The position numbers and the translations under genes are program-made. Under the pieces are notes generated by a model. That model did no database searches. It was given only the letters and a program-made list of their open reading frames with translations, and had not been told where the DNA came from. Shown here one piece after another: positions 34,136 through 49,512 of a stretch of 64,000 bases of DNA. Source of the DNA: the human T2T-CHM13v2.0 reference genome, Homo sapiens. The stretch lies in assembly GCF_009914755.1 (NCBI RefSeq), contig NC_060934.1. One strand, 5' to 3'. Every line of letters begins with the position of its first letter. Positions within the stretch are counted from its first letter, which is position 1.

Positions 34136-35445
34136 ACAATGAGATCACATGGACACAGGAAGGGGACTATCACACTCTGGGGACTGTGGTGGGGTGGGGG
34201 GAGGGATAGCATTGGGAGATATACCTAATGTTAGATGACGAGTTAGTGGGTGCAGCGCACCAGCATGGCACATGTATACATATGTAACTAACCTGCACAA
34301 TGTGCACATGTACCCTAAAACTTAAAGTATAATTAAAAAAAAAAAGAAAACAACTGAAAATAACATAGTGTAAAAATCAACAGAGTAATTAACTGACTAG
34401 TCTTTTTAAGAATCTTAATAATCCATTTAACAAAAAGAAGGCAGTTAACAAAAGAAATATAGAAAATATCAAAGTGAAAGACATAAATTCAATCATATTA
34501 ATAATTGCACTAAATTTGAATGGACTAAACAGTCAATCAAAAGAGAGACTGTCAGATTGAGTTTCAAAAGATTCATGAGACACAGTTTAAACAGTGCTTA
34601 GAGAGAAATTTTTATCTTTACACATCTATATTCTAAAAAAGGAATGTTCTCACATCAATAATCAATCAATAATCTAAGTTCGCACTTACAAACTAGAAAA
34701 ATAAGAAAATTTTAAACACGAAGCAAGCAAAAAAAAGAAAAAAAGGATCAGAATGGAAATCAATGAACTAGAAAACAAAAAGATAAGTCAATAAAACAAA
34801 ATATTGATTATTTGAAAAGATTAATACAACTGAAAAACCTTGAGCTAGGATGACAAAGAAAGAAGACACAAATTACCAAAATTGATAGGGAGGGAGGCAT
34901 TTTCAAAAGGTTTCAAACATTTTCAAAATGAGAAAATTATAATGATACAGAACAGATTATAAAGAGGTTGTATGAGGTAGTTGCTTTTGCGTGGTGAAAC
35001 AGTTATGCATTCTGATTGTTATATTGGTTATACGAATTCATATATGTAATAAAATTTCATTGAACTATACATGCACACACATAGAAGAAATGAGTGTATG
35101 TAAAACTGGTGAAATATGAATAAAGTCTGTAGCTTACTTAACTTTTCTGTACAACTTCTGCAAGTTTTTGTAAGTCTGAAGTTATTTCAAAATATTTTTT
35201 AAAGAATTTAGACCCTTACCTTACATCATATACAAAAGAAAAGCCTCAAAATCAATCACAGACCTAAATATAAGATCTAAAGCTATAAATTTTCTAGACA
35301 AAAATATAAGAAAAAATATTTGTATCCTTAGGTTAAGTACAGATTTCTTAGTTATGACACCAAAAGTATAATTCAAAATAGAAAAATAATAATAAATCGA
35401 ACTTCATCAAGAGTAAAAGTGTTCGCTCTTTAAAAGATACCATTA

Positions 35446-35719
35446 GGCCAGGCATGGTGGCTCACATCTGTAATGCCAGCATTTTGTCAGGCTGAGGTGG
35501 GCGGATCACTTGAAGCCAGGGGCTCAAGACCAGCCTGGCCAACATGGTGAAACCCTATCTCTACTAAAAATATAAAAGTTAGCCAGGCATGGTGGCACAT
35601 GCCTTTAATCCCAGCGACTCGGGAGGCTGAAGCACAAGAATCACTTGAACCTGGGAGGCGAAGGTTGCAGTCAGCCAAGAATGCACCACTGCACTCTAGA
35701 CTCTGACAAAAAAAAAAAA
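35446..35719 (+). mobile_element. AluS with shortened 3' end
   Basis: Dimeric Alu; TSD aaaagata(cc/ta)atta. Confidence 0.88.
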
Positions 35720-36103
35720 GATATAATTAAGCTAAGGAAAAGATAAGCCACCAACTGAGAAAATATTTTAAAATTACATATATGATAAAATATATATAAA
35801 GAATGTTTTACACCTTGAGAAAAAGACAACCCAATTTTTAAAATGGACAAAAGATCTGAATAGACATTTCACCAAAGACATACAAATGGCTAATAGCACA
35901 TAAAATTATATATAATATCATTATTCATTAGAGAAATGCAAACTAAAACCACAATGAGATACTACTACACACCCACTAGAATAGTTATAACCCAGAAAAC
36001 CGACAATACCAAGTGCTGCCAAGAATGTGGAGAAACAAGAGCCCTCACACATTGCTGGTGGGAATGTAAAGCGCTACAGCCTCTTTGGAAAACACATTGG
36101 TAG

Positions 36104-36822
<719 letters not shown>

Positions 36823-37315
36823 GGACTTGTACATGAATATTTATAGTAGCATTATGCATAACAGCCAAAACTGGCAACAGCCCAAATGTCCAGAAACTAG
36901 TAAATGGATAAACAAAATGTGGCAAATCCATAAAATGAAATGCCATTCAGAAATAAAAAGAAACTAATTACTAATAAATTCTAGACCTGGATAACCTCAA
37001 CAACATTAGACTAGATTTTGTGTCTGGTGAAAGAAGCCAGACACAAAAAGACCACGTATTATGACTTCATTTATGTGAAATTTCTGGAGAACGCATATCA
37101 ATTGACAGAAAGCATATCAGTGGTTTTCTAAGGCTGGGATGGGAGAAGGGCTTGATTGTAAACAAGCATAAGAATGTTCTAAGGATGAAGATAATTGTTG
37201 GAAGCCTTTATACATTTCATAGAAATAATTAAACTACATACTTGTAATGGGTGAATTTTATGAAAATATGTAAATTATAGCTCCAAAAAAAGCTATCAAA
37301 AAGTCACAAAAATAA

Positions 37316-37840
37316 TACATCCATGTTCACAGCAGCACTATTTACAGTAGCCAAAAGGTAGAAGTAACTTAAGTGTCTATCAATAGACAAAGGGATAAAC
37401 AAAATGTGATAAAGACATAAAGAAGAATATTATTCAGCCTTAAAAGAAAGGAAATCCTGTCATATGCTACAATGTGGATGAACCTTGAGGACATGATACC
37501 AAATGAAATAACCCAGGCACAAAAAGATAAATACTGTATGATTCCATTTATATGAGGTACCTGGGGTAGTCAAATTTATAGAGACAGTAGAATGGTGGTT
37601 GACAGAGGCTGAGGAGAATGGGTATGAAGAGTTATTTTTTAATAGGTACAGAGTTTAGTTTTGCAATATGATGAGTTCTGGAGATGGATGGTGGCAATGG
37701 TTTGTACAACAACTATCAATGTACTTAATAACACTGAATCATACACTCAAATGGTAAATTCTGTTATAATGGTAAATTCTGTTCTGTGTATTTAACCATA
37801 GTTTTTAAAAACTCTAACAGAAATAAAAATAAATAAAAAG
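37316..37840 (+). mobile_element. L1MB-type 3' end
   Basis: Typical L1MB 3'UTR (ggatgaaccttgaggacat...tatgaggtacctgg...gagatggatggtgg). Confidence 0.7.
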
Positions 37841-38516
37841 AAACAGAGCTACAGAGTTTTCTCTGTAGTTTAAAATGAACCATCTTAAAACCTTGGGACT
37901 TCAAATGCCATTGTTACATCATGTATATTCTGCTTCTCTGCAGATTATATGAGATTGCATATTAAAACTTGGATAGAATTTTGTATGCTGCTGTTACAGT
38001 GCTGGGTCCAGAAGATCAGGTGCAGACCTGAAAGAATGCTTTGGCTTCCCTCACACACAGGGACAGGGCTAAAACTAGTGCCACTCCCTTCCCTCCTGTC
38101 TTCAATGCAGCCACTACAACAGCAGCAAGAAAAGGAAGATGCTGACTCTTCCTCAGATCCTTGAAACAGGTTCACAGACTTTAGAAGAGCTTCTGTGCTG
38201 AGATCCTAATATTCCCAAGCCAAAGTACTCATTATCTACCCTATTCTCCCTCCAAATAACTTGTCCTTTAATTTCCCTAGTCTTCTAGTCTCTGACCCTC
38301 AGTCATCTTTTATTTCTTTTTCCCTGCCCCTTCAGTTTACCAAGTTTATCCACTTTGGCTTCAAAATGTCTCAGTGTTGTCCCCTTCTTTTCTATTCCAA
38401 TTAATACTATCTACTTCTTATCTGGATAACTAAAACAGTCCAAAACAACATCCATAAATCCAGATTCATAGATCTCCGAGGCATTCAGCATACCATCTTT
38501 GGAAAATAGGCTTCAT

Positions 38517-38810
38517 GGCCAGGCGCGGTGGCTCACACCTATAATCCCAGCACTTTGGGAGGCCAAGGCAGGCAGATCACGAGGTCAGGAGATTGAGATC
38601 ATCCTGGCTAACACGGTGAAACTCTGTCTCTACTAAAATTACCAAAAAAGTTAGCCAGGCATGGTGGCAGACGCCTGTAGTCCCAGCTACTAGGGAGGCT
38701 GAGGCAGGAGAATGGCATGAACCCAGGAGGCCGAGCTTGCAGTGAGCCAAGATCTCGCCACTGCACTCCAGCATGGGTGACAGGGCAAGACTCCATCTCA
38801 AAAAAAAAAA
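38517..38810 (+). mobile_element. AluY-like
   Basis: TSD aaaatag(g/c)cttcat. Confidence 0.9.
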
Positions 38811-39813
38811 AATAGCCTTCATTTTAACATTGTTTTCATAATAAAATATTTTTTAGTGTACAAAAAATGCCCATCCACATCCATGCACCCTCACATTCTA
38901 TTCTTTGATAACATTTTGCCATATTTCCTTCAGATTTATTTAAAGAAATAAAATAGTTCAAAAATACGTAAAGTCCTCAGTTTACCACTCTGCGATGACA
39001 TTCTCCTTCCTCTTTCCACCTCCTCAGAAAGATAACCACCATCATAAATCCTGAAAGTAATATTCTTATATGTATGTACACGTGTGTACATGTATGGGCT
39101 TTCATCATATGAATAAAAAACATACATTGGTTTATATTTTTATTGCATTTTATACAACCAAGGGAAATTATCAAAACTAAGAAACCAATGTTTACATAAA
39201 TTTAATTAGGTGCATACTTTATTTAGATTTCACCAGTTTTTCTACTAGAACTATTTTCTATTCCAGGACCAAAACCAGAATCCCATATTGCATTAGTTTC
39301 CATGTCTCCTTAGTCTTCTCTGAACTGTGATAATTTCTTGGTCTTTCCTTGTCTCCATTATCTTGGTGGTTTTGAAGAGTACTGGTCAGGTACTCATCAG
39401 TTTTAGGTAGAATATCCCTCAATTTGGGCTGACAGAAGTTTCTTTATAATTGAAATAAGTTACAGATTTTGTGGAACGATACCACAAAGGTATGTTTAGC
39501 TCTTATTAATGGTGACATTAATAAACTTGTTCCCTTGGTTAAAATTAGTTCTGGTGGGTTTCTCCATACAACGTTACTATTTTGCCTTTGTAATTAATGA
39601 ATATTTTGTAGGAGATATTTTAAGGCTATGCAATAGCACATTATTCTGTAAACTTTTGCCCACTAATTTTAGCAATCCTCAATGGATCTCACCTACACCA
39701 ATAATTACTCTGGTGTTCCAATTCTTATTTTCTCAATCCCTCTACATTTATTAATTGGAATTCTTCTATAAGGAAGGGAGTTGTCTCTTCTCCACTCATT
39801 TATTTATTCAAGC

Positions 39814-39814
<1 letters not shown>

Positions 39815-39860
<46 letters not shown>
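39815..39860. repeat. (AT)n microsatellite
   Basis: Seen directly in the sequence. Confidence 0.95.
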
Positions 39861-39863
<3 letters not shown>

Positions 39864-40307
39864 CTTATGAATGTTATTTTATTAAGCCACATTTCTTTAT
39901 TTTGTTGGACAAACTGTTCCAGCTTTGGCTAATGAGAGCTTTTTCAGCTGAGCTTCTATAATTTTTTGACATATCCTCAATCTATTTTTTTTTAAGCACT
40001 TCCTTACTTTCTGGCACCACAAATGTCCCAGTCTCATCTTGTATTTTTCCCTCCCATCCTAGAATCATCCACTCCTCTAACAAAACCTGGTTCCTTTTGT
40101 TGGAGAATAATATTTAGAAACCAAGATTTAGGCACCACATGTGTTCATTGCTACTGGGGTATCACTACTTCTAGACCCTCTCAAGTAGAAAGAGCTCAGA
40201 GAGGTATATAGGCTTACTAACTGATGTACACATATAATATCTATATTTATTTCACTATCTTAAAAGGAAAAGAAGGACACTCTAGTCCAACTCCAATCCA
40301 ACACTAA

Positions 40308-40707
<400 letters not shown>

Positions 40708-41031
40708 TTATCCGTAATTTCTTTCTCTGACAGTAAGAAGCCTGGTTTTCATAAACTATATTTGCTTATTTGCTCAACACTAATATACATACAAAGTAGT
40801 TTCAGAATTGCTAACCCATACTCCTTTAAGAAACATATTTACCAACCACAGTACAGTGCTGCATACTTCTTTTTTCTTTAGCCTTACAGTGTCTATTCAA
40901 AATAAAGTTATTCAGCTTCTTTCTTCTCCAAGTTTCCAGTATGATTGTGCCATTCATCACAATACACTTAAATTTATTTGCCAGATCTGTAGTCTGCCTT
41001 ACGTTCCCCCAATATCCTGGTTGTTTCTTAA

Positions 41032-41425
<394 letters not shown>

Positions 41426-42373
41426 GTCCTGTGGGTTTTGACAAGTGCATAGAATCAAGTAACCACTAGCCCATTACCATACAAAATAATATGATCACCC
41501 TAAAAAACTCCCTCATGCTACCTTCCATTATCAACCCCTCCATTCATCCTCATTGTGGCCAACACTTTGTTGTTTTTTGGTTTTGTTTATGTTTCTATAG
41601 CTTTCTCTTTTACAGAATGTCATAACAATGGAATTATACAATATGTAGCCTTTGGGATATGGCTTCTTTCACTTTGCAAAATGCATTTAGAATTCACCCA
41701 AGTTGTTGTGAATCAATAGTTAATTCCTTTTTATTGCTGAATAATATTCCATTGAATGGCTGTACTATAGTTTGTTTAACCATTCACCCACTGAAGGAAA
41801 TCCAGGTTGTTTCTAGTTTTTGAGAATGAATATATAGTTTCAAGAAACATTCATATACAAGTTTTCCTGTGAACATTAGTTTTCAGTTGACTTGAGTAAA
41901 TTCATAAAAGCAAAACTACAGGGTCATATGGTAATTACACATTTAGCTTTATAGGAAACTGTCAAACTTTTTTCCAGAATGGCTGTATTATTTTGCATTC
42001 TCACCAGCATTGTATAAGAGTTCCAGGTGCTCCATACTCTCAACAATAATTGGTATTTTCAGTTTTGTTTGTTAGACTTCTAATACAGTTATAGGGGTAT
42101 CTCATTGTGGTATTTTCAGTTATCTTTGTTCAACTTCTAATAGATTTGTAGTGGTATCTAGTTGTGGTTTTAATTTCCATTTCCCTAATGACAATGATGT
42201 TGAGCACATTTTCATATACTTATTTTCCATTCATTTATCTTCTTTGGTAAACTGTTCATATCTCTTGCCCACTTTTTATTTGGTTATTTTCTAATTTTTT
42301 AAATTTTAAGAGTTCTTTATATGTTCTGGGCACAAATCCTTTATCAGATTTGTGATTTTAAAATATTCCTTCC

Positions 42374-42447
42374 AAGCCGAGATTGCACTCACTGCACTCC
42401 AGCCTGGTGACAGAGTGAGACTCCGTCTCAAAGAAAAAAAAAAAAAA
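42374..42447 (+). mobile_element. Alu 3' fragment
   Basis: agccgagattgcac...ccgtctc followed by an A tail. Confidence 0.8.
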
Positions 42448-42518
42448 ATCACTCCTAGTCTGTGGCTTCACTTTTTCATTAAAGGGTCTTTCACAGACCA
42501 AAATTTTTTAAATGTTGA

Positions 42519-42891
<373 letters not shown>

Positions 42892-43666
42892 CATACTTTC
42901 AATATTGTATCTAAAAACTTTTTGCTAATTCCAAGATCACACAGATTTCTCCCTTTTCTTCTAGAAGTTTTATAAGTGTTGTGTTTTACATTTAGGTATA
43001 TGATTGTTTTAGTTATTTTTTGCATAAAGTATGAGGAATGTAGCAAGGTTTATCTTTTCACATAAGAACTTCCAATTTTTCTAGTCTCATTTGTTGAAAA
43101 GACTCTCCTTTTTGCACTGAGTTGCCTTTGCATCTTTGTCAAAAATCAGTTGACATTATTTTGTGGGTCTATTTCTAAGCTCTCTATTCTGCTCCACTGA
43201 TTTATGTGTTTATTCTTCTATGAATACCATACTCCCTTGATTATAATGGCTCTATATTGTCTTGTCTTACTTTTATAAAACTGTTTTACTTATTCTAGTT
43301 AGTGTGTGTGTGTGTATTCATGTCCATATATTCATACACACACAAACACACGTATACAGAAAAGTTTTCTATGGTTTTTGGGGATTGAGTTTAATCTATA
43401 GGTCACATCGAGAAGAACTGATATCTTAATAATACTGAGTCTTCTAATCCATGAACACATTTTGTCTCTCTCTCTCTCTCTCTCATTTGATTTCTTTCAC
43501 CACTTTTTGTAGTTTTCAGCTCTATACACATAAATATATTCGTTATACATTTTATTAGATTAGTTAGGGAAGTTCCTTACTCTTCCAGTTTGCTGAGAGT
43601 TTTTATCATGAATGGATACCGAATTTTATCAAATGCTTTCTCTGCATCTATTGAGGTGATCAGCCT

Positions 43667-43704
<38 letters not shown>

Positions 43705-44487
43705 CTTTGTAGGAGTTTGAATTGCATTGAATTTATACATTAATTTGGAGACAATTTCAAGATATTTCATCTTCCTATCCATGATATGACGTATCTCCAT
43801 GTAGGTCTTCATGTTTTTCAATAAAATTTTATAATTTCCTCTATTAAAATTTGGTATAACATTTGTCAGATTATTCATAGGTACTTTGAGTTCTGCTGCC
43901 CTGATAAATGGTATCATTTTAATAGTATGTTCTAAATTTTTGCCCCTCTATAAAAATGCAACTGGTTTTGGTATATGGAGCTTCAATTCAGAAACTTTGG
44001 TGAGTTCTCCCATTATTTCTATTTTTATCTAGAGATGTTCATGAATTCACTATGGAAATATCATCTGCTAATAATAACAATTTTGTTTCTTCTGTCTCAA
44101 CTCTTACATTTTTATTTACTTTACCTTTCTTATTTGTAGTAAGACATAAAACTCTTGAGTTTCTGCACTCTGGTAGGCTATCTTTCTTAGCTTGCAGGTA
44201 GACTCACAAAGGGGAAGGAATATTTAGGAGGGAGTTATCAGAATATCAGAATTTCAGGCAATTAGCTTAGCTTAGCTTGCAGGTAGGGTGAAACCTCAGT
44301 CCCCTCACAGTTCTTGGCATTATTGTGCTGGTTAGAATCTCTGGTATAATCTGTAAGCATCATTGGTTTCTTCCTGATTTTAAAGGGAATGCTGTAATAT
44401 TTCACCATTAAACATAAAAAATGATTTCATTTCAAGGTAGATACCCTTTTTCAGGTTAAGGAGAGTGGTTAAAAAATGTCCTGACCT

Positions 44488-45199
<712 letters not shown>

Positions 45200-45352
45200 T
45201 TATCAGAATAGCAGAATTTCAGGCAAGACAGTGCTTCATTGTGTCCTGCCCTGCAGGACAGTTGACATTCTTGGCCTTACCAACCAGATACCAGTAGCAT
45301 CCCCAGTCTCTTGGGGGAAAAGTCCCCCTAATTTTTCAAATGTTCTCTAGAG

Positions 45353-45639
45353 CAGGGGTTAGCACACTTTTTCTATAAAGAGCCAAACAGAAAGTATTTT
45401 AGGTTTTGTGGGTCATACAATCTCTTGCAACTACTCAACTCTGTGGCTGGGCTGCAACTCTCTATGGGAAATAAAGATCTTCTTTCTAAATTAAAAAAAC
45501 AAAATATGACTCTGATACCAAATACAAAAGCAGCCATATGCAATACATAAATGAATAGGCATGGCTGTGTGCCAATAAAACTATACAAAAACAGGTGGTG
45601 GCAGAATTTGGTCTGCAGACTGTACTTTGCTGACTCCTG
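45353..45639 (+). mobile_element. MER58 hAT-Charlie MITE
   Basis: caggggttagca...tgctgactcctg terminal inverted repeats; degenerate 8-bp TSD ctctagag/cttgagag. Confidence 0.75.
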
Positions 45640-46344
45640 CTTGAGAGGAATGGGTAGAGTAGAATATCCTTTCACAGATATGAAAACTGGGGCTAGGGAT
45701 GAAGTGATTTGCCTGAGGTTTCACAGCCATTTTGTACCAAGGAAAGATTAGACTCCAAGCCTCCTGACTGCTAATGCTCCTCTCACTGTATCACCCAGCA
45801 GAACAAACAACACTCTGGCAGGAACTGCCTCAGCAAGTATTTTTAGCCACTTCTAAATGTATGCAAATATATATGGATACTTGGCAGATATCCATGAATA
45901 TTCAAGTCTGCTCCAGCTCCCTCCTCTCTGGCCTGCATTGTTTCTCTAGCTTTACATCATTCCCAGATGAAGACACTATAGTTTAATCTCCAGAATGTTC
46001 ATGAAAACATGCAATACAATTGGGTTGGAGGCTGAACCCAGCAGCAGCCACAACAAATCAGCATAAATCATTCATATGCTAAATATTTCTAAGGCCCTCC
46101 TCATAGTATTGACCACAGCCATGATTTTTCATCGGTACACTAGAACTCATATCCAATTGATGTGAAGGGTATTTTCAAGTGAAAATCCCTGCAGAACTGG
46201 ATCTAATACTAATCTATACAAAGTATCAGAATGTATCAAATCTATTTCATTTCTTTCACCTGCAATTTCTGTGATTCCAACCACACTGATATTTTGTTTG
46301 GCTTGGCTGATTCTTCACAAAAGTGCTAAATAAAAGGACTGAGT

Positions 46345-46666
46345 ACAGTCCGCCCTCTGTATCCATGAGTTTTGTGTCTGTTGATTCAACCAACCACAGA
46401 TCGAAAACATTTTTTAATTGTGTCTATACAGGTACAGACTTTTTCTTGTCATTATTCTCTAAACAATAGTGTAACAAATATTTACATAGTATTTACATTG
46501 TATTAAGTATTAAAATTAATCTAGAGATTATTTGAAGTATACAGGAGGATATGTACAGATTATATGCAAATACTACCTTTTATATCGGGTACTTGAGCAT
46601 CTACAGATTTTGGTACCCACTGGAGGAACTGCAACCAATCCCCCACAAATACCAAGGGACAAATAT
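46345..46666 (+). mobile_element. MER2 (Tigger-family) MITE
   Basis: ta-cagtccgccctctgtatccatg ... accaagggacaa-ta; MER2-type body. Confidence 0.75.
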
Positions 46667-47574
46667 AATCATAAAAAACAGTCAGCAGTGATATACCTAG
46701 CTTGAAGAAAGTATTCATTCTTACAAGAGGACTGCGTTTAGATAAAAACAGCTACATAACTAGCCTAGGCCAAAACCAAGACATGTGCTAATTCACTCAG
46801 TGTATCTGGGGCCATTTTAAACCACACTTGGTGGAATTCACACATTGGGTAGAATATCGCACTACATTAACTAAAGTTATTCTAACTCTAAGATGCAGTT
46901 ATTCCGAATTTAGGAAAAAGAAACTACTACAGTCTGGAGAAGCCCTCATGGAAGATGAACTCAGCCATAAAGACAGAATTTAGATGTGGGAAAAAAAAAG
47001 ACAGAGGTGCATGAAGAGATGGATGTAGCTCTGAATGTTCCTCTCTTACTCCTCACCCTAAACAGAAGCTCTAGGATTATCCCAATATCAAGAGGACCCT
47101 AAAAAAACAACCTTATAAGAAAATTAGTTAGAATTGACTACACCAAAGCAGCATTCATGAGTGCCAATTAGAGCCAATACCCTGACATATTTGACCATTG
47201 AGCAGTAATAATCAGAGATGGCAATTTCTGTTGGAATCTGGTATATGAACATCCTTTGGAAGTTAATTGAATAATGGGCAAAGACACTTGATACATCCTT
47301 TTTGATGAAGAAGCAGATAAGTATTTAGGCCTTGGATTATGGCATCAATAGCCTTTGCCTTCATTCTGTGACTAAAAAAAAAAACTTAACCTCTTTGAGA
47401 ATTGACTTTCCCCTAGAGTGTCTAGGATTGAAATGTTTATATTCCTGACTTATTATCATTTAGGAATAACTTCACCAAAGGGATTGCCCTTTGATGTAAT
47501 CCAAAGCTGCTAAATGCCACATCAACCAGAAAACAAAACAGAATTCTAAAAATTAAAATAAAGATTTAGGTATC

Positions 47575-47785
47575 ATAACTTTTTATAATTTCAACTTTTA
47601 ATTTAGATTCAGGGAATGTACATGTGCAGGTTTGTTACATGGATATATTGTGTGATGCTGAGGTTTAGGATACGAATGATCCCATCATCCAGATAGTGAG
47701 CCTAGTATCCAAGAGTTAGTTTTTCAAGCCTTGCCTCCCTCCTTCTCTCACCCATTAGTCCCCAGCGTGTACTGCTGCCATCTTG
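47575..47785 (-). mobile_element. L1PA15/16-like 3' end fragment
   Basis: Reverse complement of an L1 3'UTR (gtacatgtgcaggtttgttacatgg). Confidence 0.7.
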
Positions 47786-48101
47786 AAAACATCTGAATTT
47801 TTTTTATAAGAATTTGTCAAGCATCATCAGTTTCTTGCCTAACCTGGAAGCAAACCAAAATTCCTCATGTGGATGGCTTTGGAGCCTCCTAGTGGCAGCC
47901 TCAGGGGACCTACAGAGCTAGGAGCCTTGTGAAGAACCAGGCTTTCAAAAGAGAGTATAATTTATGTATGCTGGTGATCAATTCAAACGAACACATCAAT
48001 TCCTACAATACGCCCTATATTGGACTATATTGGACACTATATTGGACACTAGGAATATAAAGATGAATAAATATTGGTCCTATCTACCCTCAAGGAGCTC
48101 A

Positions 48102-48458
<357 letters not shown>

Positions 48459-49215
48459 AGGGAATGAAGTCAGAGAATGTGTAATCAAGGGGATGACATT
48501 TTCACCAAGCCTTAAAGAGTAAGTACAAGTCTATCTAATGGAGGATATAAGTACATTACACATTTTCATGCCTTCTTGTTTAGAATACCCTCTTTTCCAC
48601 TTGCGTCATACTCAGAATACTAAGCCTGGAGTATAGTAGGGTGGGAAGAAAGCTAGAAAGCCAGGCTAGAAGCAAATTTGTAAGTGCCCTTGTGGTTTGA
48701 GCTTTATACTGCAGGTTCTGGAGAGATGTCAGAGGCCCTCAGAAAAGTGGTCTACTGAAGTCTGTTCACTAGAATAACATCCCGTCATAGTATACTGCTA
48801 TGCTCTAATAGCAGTATAAGGAAGATATTAGGAGAGCTGGGAAGCAAAGAGGTCCATTAATCTGCCACAATAGATTAAGAAAGAGGTAAGAAAGGTTAAT
48901 ATAGAAGTAGGAATAGCTATACCTAGTAGCCAAATGAATATGGAGATTAGACCCAGGAAAGAGTCAAAAATACTTCAAAGTTTTCCTTAAGACCCAAGGT
49001 AGACAGTGATGCCCTTATCCAAAGTAGGGAACACAGGAGAAGCCAAGAGAAGTGATAATGAGGAACTTTAGTAAATTTTATTTGAGGAACTTTAGTAAAT
49101 TTTATTTGTGATACAAATTAGATCTGAAAAGTGTTTAATAAATACTGGAAAGGGTCTGTAAAACTTATAACTCTGAAAAAAATTATATTATAACCATCTC
49201 GAAATAACTGCAAGA

Positions 49216-49512
49216 GGCCAGGCGCGGTGGCTCAAGCCTGTAATCTCAGCACTTTGGGAGGCTAAGGCAGGCAGATCACCTGAGGTCAGGAGTTCGAGAC
49301 CAGCCTGGCCAACATGGCGAAACCCGTCTCTACTAAAAGTACAAAAATTAGCCAGGCATGGTGGCACACACCAGTGGTCCCAGCTACTCAGGAGGCTGAG
49401 GCAGGAGAATAGCTTGAACTCGTGAGGCAGAGGTTGCAGTGAGCCAAGATCACGCCACTACACTCCAGCCTGAGCAACAAGAGCGAGACTCTGTCTCAAA
49501 AAAAAAAAAAAA
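49216..49512 (+). mobile_element. AluS
   Basis: TSD aact(g/a)caaga. Confidence 0.92.

Noticed and set aside
34178-34215. G-quadruplex-like G-rich tract
   Set aside because: Standard feature of the L1 3'UTR, not specific to this locus
37945-38175. Possible additional exon or small ORF in unique sequence
   Set aside because: No similarity to heparanase-2 as I recall it, and no convincing splice-site pair
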